This document shows positions 58,263 to 64,000 of a stretch of DNA of 64,000 nt, piece by piece. A program made the translations under genes and the position numbers. Source of the DNA: Deltaproteobacteria bacterium (lineage in GTDB: Bacteria; Myxococcota_A; UBA9160; SZUA-336); the NCBI GenBank assembly GCA_019311115.1, contig JAFDDB010000001.1:30674-94673 (forward strand), in the 5' to 3' direction. The notes under the pieces are model-generated. The model was not told the origin of the DNA. It was given only the letters and a program-made list of their open reading frames with translations, and ran no database searches. How positions within the stretch are numbered: the first letter of the stretch is position 1; each line of letters begins with the position of its first letter.

Positions 58263-59162
58263 ATGTCGCACCTCGATCCGACCTGGAGCGTCCGGCGGAG
58301 GCTACGCCGCTGGCTCGACATCCGGATCCAGCTCCGCAAGGCGCGCCAGGATCGCCGTCTTCGGCCCGATGCGCCGCCGAAGCGCCAGTTGGTAGTGTGC
58401 GGCTACCCGCGGTCGGGCACCTCGCTGCTCTACAACATGCTCTCCTCCTCGCTGGACGGCTTCCTGTTCGAGGAGTTCGAGACCCGGGCGCGCAAGAGCA
58501 TATGGAAGTACGAGGACTGTGCTTCCAAGCGCCCGCGCGACATCGGCGACCTGGCCGAGCTCGTGCGCGAGAACGTGCACGGCAAGCGCATCTCGGTGAT
58601 CGTGATGATCCGCGACGTGCGCGACGTGATCACGTCGACGCACGCGCAGATCCCGGACCGCTACTACGTCGACTACGATGGCCGCTGGGCGCCGCGCACG
58701 GGCCGTGCCCCGCGCATCGAGCGCACCGGCGACGGCGTGGCGTCGATCGAGGCCGCGATCGACCGCGCGCGGCGGGTCGAAGGCCTCGAGCAGATCACGC
58801 TGCGCTACGAGGACCTGGTCGCGAGCCCCGGCGCCGTCGAAGCGCGCTTGGCCCGGGTCCTCGATCTCGAGTTCGCGGGTCGCTTCGAGGAGTTCCACCT
58901 CGTGCCCGAGCGCCACGCATACCGCTACGATGGCCGGCGCGAGGTCGAGGATCCGGGCCTGGAACGCAGCCGGGTCGACAGCACGCGCAGCGGCCGCTGG
59001 GCGGGAGACGAGCACCGTGAACGGATCCGCGAGCAGTTCGACGCGCATCCCGAGCTGTTCGAGGTGTTGCGCAGGCGCTGCTACGAGAGCGACGACCGCT
59101 GGTACGAGCCATACCGGACGGGCGCGCCGCGCGTGAGCACGTCTGCCGCCCCCGAGCCGTAG
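58263..59162 (+). CDS. sulfotransferase family protein
   Basis: VVCGYPRSGTSLL is like the 5-prime PAPS-binding loop. VIVMIRDVRDVITS is like the 3-prime PB motif. Confidence 0.65.
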   Translation: MSHLDPTWSVRRRLRRWLDIRIQLRKARQDRRLRPDAPPKRQLVVCGYPRSGTSLLYNMLSSSLDGFLFEEFETRARKSIWKYEDCASKRPRDIGDLAELVRENVHGKRISVIVMIRDVRDVITSTHAQIPDRYYVDYDGRWAPRTGRAPRIERTGDGVASIEAAIDRARRVEGLEQITLRYEDLVASPGAVEARLARVLDLEFAGRFEEFHLVPERHAYRYDGRREVEDPGLERSRVDSTRSGRWAGDEHRERIREQFDAHPELFEVLRRRCYESDDRWYEPYRTGAPRVSTSAAPEP

Positions 59163-59182
59163 CGCTTCGTGCCGGCCGGCGG

Positions 59183-59803
59183 TCAGCTCCTCAGCTGGTT
59201 GGGGAGTTCGTTGGGGTCCTCGCCGCGTGGGGGGAAGGGGGTGGCCAGGAGGCGGCCGCACTCGGTGATGGCCTGGCAGAGGGCGTGTTCGGCTTCGCCG
59301 GTCCGGATGCCGTCGAGGACGTGGCGCACGACGCCGTCCCAGGTGCCGTCTTCTACGCAGGCGTCGATGCCGCGGTCGGCGAGGATCTCGACCCGGTGCT
59401 CCAGCAGCGAGACGAAGATCAGGATTCCGGTGCGGTCGCGGGTCTCGACCAGGCCCTCCTCGACGAAGGCGAGCTTGGCTGCGCGGTCCACGTGCCAGGC
59501 GCCGCGACTGCGCGGCACCAGCCAGAACAGCAGCGGCCGCCAGCCCGCCAGCGCGTAGCCGGCGGCGAACACCGCGACCTGAAGGGGGGGCAGCCAGCGC
59601 GACGCCTCGAGCGGTGAGGCCAGCACCCCGACGCCCGCGGCGAATGCCAGCAGCGCCGCTGCGACGGCCCGCACGCCCGCGTAGTCGTGGCTCTGGGTGA
59701 CGACCATGGGGACGATCTCGCCCGAGGTGTGGCGCTCGGCCTCCTGCACGGCCGCCTCGATCTGCTCGCGCGCGCGGGGGTCGAAGAGTTCCTCGGCGCG
59801 CAT
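59183..59803 (-). CDS. TPM-domain protein
   Basis: ATG at 59803 overlaps the upstream stop (ATGA). Contains SGEIVPMVV, two TM segments, and GILIFVSLLEHRVEILADRG. Confidence 0.8.
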   Translation of the reverse strand: MRAEELFDPRAREQIEAAVQEAERHTSGEIVPMVVTQSHDYAGVRAVAAALLAFAAGVGVLASPLEASRWLPPLQVAVFAAGYALAGWRPLLFWLVPRSRGAWHVDRAAKLAFVEEGLVETRDRTGILIFVSLLEHRVEILADRGIDACVEDGTWDGVVRHVLDGIRTGEAEHALCQAITECGRLLATPFPPRGEDPNELPNQLRS

Positions 59804-60558
59804 CACCAGCCTCCCGAGGCGCCGCCGCCTCCGAAGCCGCCGCCGCCTCCGCCGAAGCCGCCCCCACCGAAGCCCCCGCCTCCAAAGCCGCCGCGCATGC
59901 CGCCGTAGCCGATGCCCGCCCGGCGCGCGCCGCCGAGGAACGGCAGGAAGAAGAGACCGCGCGATCCGAAGAAGAGCAGCAGCAGCACCAGCCAGACCAA
60001 CGGCGTCCGCGAGCTTGCGCCGCCCCGTCCGCTGCGCCGTGGACGCGGCGGTGCGGGCTCGCCGCTGGCCGCCGCCATCAGGTGCGCGACGCCCTGGCCG
60101 ATTGCCGCGACCATGCGTCCGGACCGGATCTCGGGGAGCATCACCTCCTGGATGATGCGGTTCGCCACCGCGTCGGGAATCACCCCCTCGAGCCCGTAGC
60201 CGACCTCGATCCGGAGCTTCTTCTCGTTGGGTGCGACCGTCAGGATCACGCCGTTGTCCAGCCCCGCGTGTCCCGCCTTCCACGCTTCGGCGACGCGCAT
60301 CGAGTAGTCCTCGATGGGCTCGTCGCCGAGCGACGGCGTGGTGTGCACCACGATCTGGTGGCCGCTCTTCTCTTCGTAGCGGCGCAGCGCCGCTTCGAGC
60401 TTGCGCGCGTCGGCGGGGGACAGCAGCCCCGCGCGGTCGACGACCGGCGAGCGCAGCGCCGGGATCTCCTGGGCGGTAGCTCTCGTCGCGGAGAGCAGGG
60501 AGGCGGAGAGCAGCGATGCGCCGAGCAGCAGTGCGGTCAGCAGCGCGCCGCGGATCAG
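59803..60558 (-). CDS. TPM-domain (YgcG-like) protein with Gly-rich tail; non-canonical start
   Basis: Signal peptide LIRGALLTALLLGASLLSASLLSATRATAQE. Motifs VVDRAGLLS, GHQIVVHT and RIEVGYGLEG. A TM segment is followed by a GGFGGGGFGGGG tail. There is no ATG, GTG or TTG in frame near the signal peptide. Candidate starts are ATT at 60561, CTG at 60558 and ATC at 60555. Confidence 0.65.
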   Translation of the reverse strand: MIRGALLTALLLGASLLSASLLSATRATAQEIPALRSPVVDRAGLLSPADARKLEAALRRYEEKSGHQIVVHTTPSLGDEPIEDYSMRVAEAWKAGHAGLDNGVILTVAPNEKKLRIEVGYGLEGVIPDAVANRIIQEVMLPEIRSGRMVAAIGQGVAHLMAAASGEPAPPRPRRSGRGGASSRTPLVWLVLLLLFFGSRGLFFLPFLGGARRAGIGYGGMRGGFGGGGFGGGGFGGGGGGFGGGGASGGW

Positions 60559-61154
60559 AATTCGACCTCGGGTGCGCGCTCGGCGCCGGAGTCGGACTCG
60601 AAGGTCGGCCGCACGTCGACGCCCAGGATGTGGCGCGCCGTCAGGTTCGTGGGGAACTGCCGCACCAGCTTGTTGTACCCGCTGACCGCCGTGATGTAGC
60701 GCCGGCGCGCGACGGCGATGCGGTTCTCGGTGCCCTCGAGCTGCGCCTGCAGGTCGCGGAAGGCTGCGGTCGACTTGATGTCGGGATAGCGCTCGACCAC
60801 GACCATGAGGCGGGACAGCGCGCTGCCGAGCGCGCCCTGTGCCTGCTGGAAGCGCGAGAACGCCTGCGGGTCGTCGAGCACGCTGGAGTCCACCTTCATG
60901 CCGGCCACCTTGGAGCGCGCCTCGACCACGGCCTGGAGCGTCTCCTTCTCGAAGTTCGCGGCCCCCTTCACGGTGCGCACCAGGTTGGGGACCAGGTCGA
61001 GGCGGCGCTGGTACTGGTTCTCGACCTCGGCCCAGGCGGCCTTCACGTCTTCGTCGGCGCCCTGGATCGAGTTGTAGCCGCAGCCGGAGAGGCTTCCGGC
61101 ATAAGCGACCAGCAGGGCCAAGCCCGCGACTCTCCAATTGAATCGGGAACGCAT
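60555..61154 (-). CDS. lemA: LemA family protein
   Basis: Lipobox-like GSLSGC. LemA pattern: QYQRRLDLVPNLV, ERYPDIK, GTENRIAVARRRY and YN. Confidence 0.9.
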   Translation of the reverse strand: MRSRFNWRVAGLALLVAYAGSLSGCGYNSIQGADEDVKAAWAEVENQYQRRLDLVPNLVRTVKGAANFEKETLQAVVEARSKVAGMKVDSSVLDDPQAFSRFQQAQGALGSALSRLMVVVERYPDIKSTAAFRDLQAQLEGTENRIAVARRRYITAVSGYNKLVRQFPTNLTARHILGVDVRPTFESDSGAERAPEVEF

Positions 61155-61186
61155 GGCGGGTCAGGCTAGCCGTGGAGGGACCCGTG

Positions 61187-61230
61187 CCGCCAGCCCCTCC
61201 GGCCCGCCCCGCCAGCCCCTCCGGCCCGCC
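61187..61230. repeat. perfect tandem duplication of a 22-bp unit
   Basis: CCGCCAGCCCCTCCGGCCCGCC appears twice (61187-61208 and 61209-61230) in the lemA/bfd intergenic region. Confidence 0.9.
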
Positions 61231-61249
61231 CCGACGTGGAATCGAAAGC

Positions 61250-61268
61250 GGTATTGATTTTCATTATC
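61250..61268. promoter_or_regulatory. Fur box upstream of bfd
   Basis: GGTATTGATTTTCATTATC matches 15 of 19 positions of GATAATGATAATCATTATC. It sits in an AT-rich patch 19 nt upstream of the bfd GTG, followed by AGATTGATAGG. Confidence 0.6.
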
Positions 61269-61287
61269 AGATTGATAGGATGGCGGC

Positions 61288-61506
61288 GTGATCGTCTGCC
61301 AGTGCACCGGAGTCAACGACCGCCAGATCCGCGCGGCCGTGCGATCGGGAGCCTCGACCCGCGTCGAGGTCTCGCGCGCCTGCGCTTCGGCCGGCGACGG
61401 TTGCGGCGGCTGCGTCCGCGAGATCGACGCGTTGATCGCCGACGAGCGCGAGTCCGAGGAGCGCAGCCCGGACCTGCTCGACGGGGGTCTGCTCGCCGCA
61501 GGCTGA
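61288..61506 (+). CDS. bfd: bacterioferritin-associated ferredoxin-like (2Fe-2S)-binding protein
   Basis: MIVCQCTGV ... GDGCGGC gives a C-x-C ... C-x2-C BFD-like pattern. 72 aa. Confidence 0.85.
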   Translation: MIVCQCTGVNDRQIRAAVRSGASTRVEVSRACASAGDGCGGCVREIDALIADERESEERSPDLLDGGLLAAG

Positions 61507-61594
61507 GCGGGTCCGTCCGGACCCGGTTCTGGCTCCCTCTGGCCCCTCTGGCCCCTCTGGCGAAGGGGCGGAGCGCCGCCTACCCCTGTCCGGC

Positions 61595-62086
61595 GTGGAC
61601 CCGGTCTACCGCATGGTGGCGAGTGACATGCGGCCCCCGCGCGACCCGTTCGCGTCGTGGCTCGGCCGCGTGCGCGTGGGCCTGCCGGACGAGGCCTGGC
61701 CTTCGGGCGCCGAGGGGCCCCTCGCTCCGCTCTGCCAGCTGAACACGGTCGAGATACCGGAGCGCCCGCCGCTGCTCGAGCGCGTGGCCCTGCTGACGGT
61801 CTTCGCGCCCCCTGGGGCCGAGGACGCGCGCCCCGGAGAGGTGCGAGCCTACCCGAGCATCGCCGACCTGGTTCCGCTGCAGGAGCTGCGGCGAGCCTCC
61901 CAGCCGCGCCCGATCCAGTGGGAGCCCGGCGCGGCCGACGCGGAGGGCGGCCGGGTCGGGGGTGTCCCCTTTCCCGCCGCGCCGGGGCTGGACCCCGCAG
62001 AGTTCGTGCTCCAGGTCCGCGACGACGGCGGCGCGCTGTTCTACGTGCTGCGCAGCGGAGAGGACTGGCGCCTTGTCGCGGCCTGA
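61595..62086 (+). CDS. hypothetical protein (possibly DUF1963/YwqG-like)
   Basis: 163-aa ORF with a GTG start. PLCQLNTVEIPE is reminiscent of YwqG-family proteins. Weak assignment. Confidence 0.4.
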   Translation: MDPVYRMVASDMRPPRDPFASWLGRVRVGLPDEAWPSGAEGPLAPLCQLNTVEIPERPPLLERVALLTVFAPPGAEDARPGEVRAYPSIADLVPLQELRRASQPRPIQWEPGAADAEGGRVGGVPFPAAPGLDPAEFVLQVRDDGGALFYVLRSGEDWRLVAA

Positions 62087-63242
62087 CGCCGCCGCTGCGG
62101 CAGCAGGCGCCCCGGCCAGTCCCGAGGGCCTCCGGGCGCTCCTCGTCGACCGCCTGCTCCCGCTGTGGCGCGACCACGGCGTCGACCGCGAGCGCGGGGG
62201 CTTCTACTCGCGGATCGGTCGGGGGCCGGCGCCGCTCACCGAGGAGCCGAGGCGCCTGCTGGTCCAGACGCGGCAGGTGTACGTGCTGAGCCTGGCCTCC
62301 CAGGCCGGGGCGGGCTCGTGGACCGCCGACCTGGCCGCGCAGGGGGCCGAGGTCCTGCTCCGCGACTTCTGGGACGACGAACACGGCGGCTTCGTGCTGG
62401 CCACCACCCCGGACGGTGAGCCGCTCGACCGGCGCAAGGACCTGTACGCCCACGCGTTCGTGCTGCTGGCGCTGTCGGCGCGTCATTTCGCGGCCAGCGA
62501 CCGCGCGGCCCGCCCGCTGGCGACGCGGACGCTGGCGCTGCTCGAGGACCGCCTGGCCGACGACGTGAACGGGGGCTTCTTCGAGGGCGGCGACTCGGAC
62601 TGGACACCGCTCGACGAGCCGCGCCGCCAGAACCCGCACATGCACCTGCTCGAGGCGGCGCTGGCGTGGCTGGAGCACGACCCCGACGGTCCCTGGCTCG
62701 GGGTCGCGCGGCGGCTACTCGACCTGCTCGAGCAGCGCTTCGTCGAGCCGGGGTCCGGCCTGCTGCGCGAGTACTTCGAGGACGACTGGAGTCAGCGAGG
62801 CGACGACCGGGGGCGGATCACCGAGCCCGGGCACCACTTCGAGTGGGTCTGGCTGCTGCACGAGCACGCGCGCCTGACCGGCGAGGACCGTGGCCTCGAC
62901 CTGGCGCGGCGCCTCTTCGAGAGGGGCGCGGCCAGCGGGATCGACCCCGAGCACGGCGGGGTCTACGACGAGGTCGACGTGGACGGCCACGTGCGCCGCG
63001 ACTCCAAGCGCCTGTGGCCGCAGACCGAGTACCTGCGAGCGCTGGCGGTGCGTGGCGACCTGCGGGTGCTGCGGCCCGCCCTCGAGACCTTCCTTGAGCG
63101 CTACGCCGACCCGGCGACGGGCGGCTTCCGCGAGCGGCTGCAGCGAGACGGAGCGCCGATCTCGCGCGAGATGAACGCCACCAGCGTCTACCACCTGTGG
63201 ACGTCGCTGCCGGTCGTGGCGGCCGCCCTCGGCGGCGCCTGA
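62073..63242 (+). CDS. N-acylglucosamine 2-epimerase (AGE) family isomerase
   Basis: In-frame TTG at 62073. Motifs GGFY, QTRQVYVL, DLYAHAFVLLAL, NPHMHLLEA, GHHFEW and LWPQTE follow the (alpha/alpha)6 AGE pattern. Confidence 0.8.
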   Translation: MSRPDAAAAAAGAPASPEGLRALLVDRLLPLWRDHGVDRERGGFYSRIGRGPAPLTEEPRRLLVQTRQVYVLSLASQAGAGSWTADLAAQGAEVLLRDFWDDEHGGFVLATTPDGEPLDRRKDLYAHAFVLLALSARHFAASDRAARPLATRTLALLEDRLADDVNGGFFEGGDSDWTPLDEPRRQNPHMHLLEAALAWLEHDPDGPWLGVARRLLDLLEQRFVEPGSGLLREYFEDDWSQRGDDRGRITEPGHHFEWVWLLHEHARLTGEDRGLDLARRLFERGAASGIDPEHGGVYDEVDVDGHVRRDSKRLWPQTEYLRALAVRGDLRVLRPALETFLERYADPATGGFRERLQRDGAPISREMNATSVYHLWTSLPVVAAALGGA

Positions 63243-63446
63243 TCAGGCGATCTCGACGTCCGAGCCGCGGAAGTTGCCGATCAGCTCCACCTGCTTGGTG
63301 TGGATCAGGTGGGTGATCGTCGCGATGACCTCGGCGTCCGAGCGGGACTCGTCGGCCACGGCCGCGACCAATTCCAGGAGCGTGATCTGGCGGCGATGGA
63401 GCGGCTGCTGCTGCACGGCTTCGAGCTTCCTGGCTGCTTCACCCAT
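63243..63446 (-). CDS. hypothetical 67-aa protein
   Basis: ATG preceded by GGGAG, with host-like codon usage and a sigma54-type promoter about 60 nt upstream. No family recognised. Confidence 0.45.
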   Translation of the reverse strand: MGEAARKLEAVQQQPLHRRQITLLELVAAVADESRSDAEVIATITHLIHTKQVELIGNFRGSDVEIA

Positions 63447-63503
63447 TTCGTGACTCCCGTCTTCCTGCCTGCTCAGACGCTCCCGAACTCACCCCCGTTC
63501 ATG

Positions 63504-63520
63504 TGCATTCGACGTGCCAA
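63504..63520 (-). promoter_or_regulatory. putative sigma54 (-24/-12) promoter
   Basis: Minus-strand read: TTGGCACGTCGAATGCA. GG-N10-GC spacing is correct. TGGCAC is exact, and the -12 element is ATGC rather than TTGC. Confidence 0.5.
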
Positions 63521-63675
63521 GCCGCGCCCGCTGGGGCGGAACTGCCAAGACACTGTTCTTGCAGCGTTATCGCCGTGTGCCGGTGCCCCGTGAAACAGCC
63601 CCGGGGACGCGAATTGTCAGCGTGTTGACGCAGAACGTCAGCGAAGCGTCGTGCGTTTGCTGCACCCGGACCGGG

Positions 63676-63996
63676 TCAGTCGAGGGGCGAGGCGACGTCG
63701 ATCCACACGTCGCCGTCGCGCACGTCGACCGGATAGCGCGGCAGCGGCTCGCCGCCGACGGCGTCCGGCGGGTGGCCCGTCTCTACGTCGTACGGCCAGC
63801 CGTGGCCCGCGCAGTAGATGACCCGGTCCTCCAGCTCGCCTTCGTGCAGCGGGTAGCCCGCGTGCGGGCACGCGTTGGCCATGGCGTAGACGCGCTCGCC
63901 CACGCGGTAGAGCCCGATCTCGAGCCCGCCCGCGCGGACGCACAGCCCGCGCCCCGCGGGCAGTTCGGTGAGCCGGGCGACGCGTTCGTAGGCCAT
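63676..63996 (-). CDS. Rieske (2Fe-2S) domain protein (NirD-like small subunit type)
   Basis: CPHAGYPL ... CAGHGW gives the two Cys-His boxes. 106 aa. Confidence 0.85.
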   Translation of the reverse strand: MAYERVARLTELPAGRGLCVRAGGLEIGLYRVGERVYAMANACPHAGYPLHEGELEDRVIYCAGHGWPYDVETGHPPDAVGGEPLPRYPVDVRDGDVWIDVASPLD

Positions 63997-64000
63997 GGGA

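Noticed and set aside
59815-59905. A low-complexity GCC/GCCGCC repeat run that could look like a repeat array, or like a Pro-rich ORF on the plus strand.
   Set aside because: It encodes the Gly-rich C-terminal tail (GGFGGGGFGGGG...) typical of YgcG-like TPM proteins on the minus strand. There is no spacer/repeat architecture, so it is not a CRISPR array.

Overview
This is a visibly GC-rich, GC3-biased, densely coding chromosomal segment from a diderm bacterium. Lineage is not determinable here because no rRNA is present. I support about 65 CDS. I recognised no rRNA, tRNA, CRISPR array, transposase or integrase. Many long ORFs in the track are antisense shadow ORFs typical of high-GC DNA. Many true starts are internal ATG, GTG or TTG codons, which I placed by frame arithmetic against the track.

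Content from left to right:
- Isocitrate/isopropylmalate-dehydrogenase-like gene, truncated by the window edge.
- Housekeeping genes: ltaE, dienelactone hydrolase, methyltransferases.
- An acyl-CoA/redox gene set (MaoC, crotonase, CMD, LLM oxidoreductase, alpha/beta hydrolase) interrupted by the amtB-glnK operon. Three minus-strand genes of this set are served by a thrice-repeated 37-bp promoter/operator.
- amtB-glnK with a near-consensus sigma54 promoter.
- comM.
- A Ton/Tol-like envelope cluster: OmpA lipoprotein, vWA, exbB, exbD converging on a tonB-like gene, a 1149-aa protein and a 451-aa lipoprotein. The last two proteins are built from about 24-aa DxDxDG repeats.
- Patatin, NRDE, folC.
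- A seven-gene co-directional string: HTH-citrate-synthase fusion, crotonase, tandem Grx/GST-N, TldD, PmbA, exosortase, EpsI.
- A divergent second citrate-synthase paralogue, then asd, nupC and thiE.
- dusB-ntrB-ntrC, then moeA-mobA.
- A complete Bat/MoxR aerotolerance-type operon.
- rfaE2, AsmA-like, XRE, fur, sulfotransferase.
- LemA-TPM-TPM.
- A Fur-box-preceded bfd, an AGE epimerase, a sigma54-preceded 67-aa orphan ORF, and a Rieske protein.

Best candidates for something undescribed:
- The Ton-like motor with giant Ca-loop repeat proteins.
- The shared 37-bp regulatory module.
- The TldD/PmbA-exosortase gene string.
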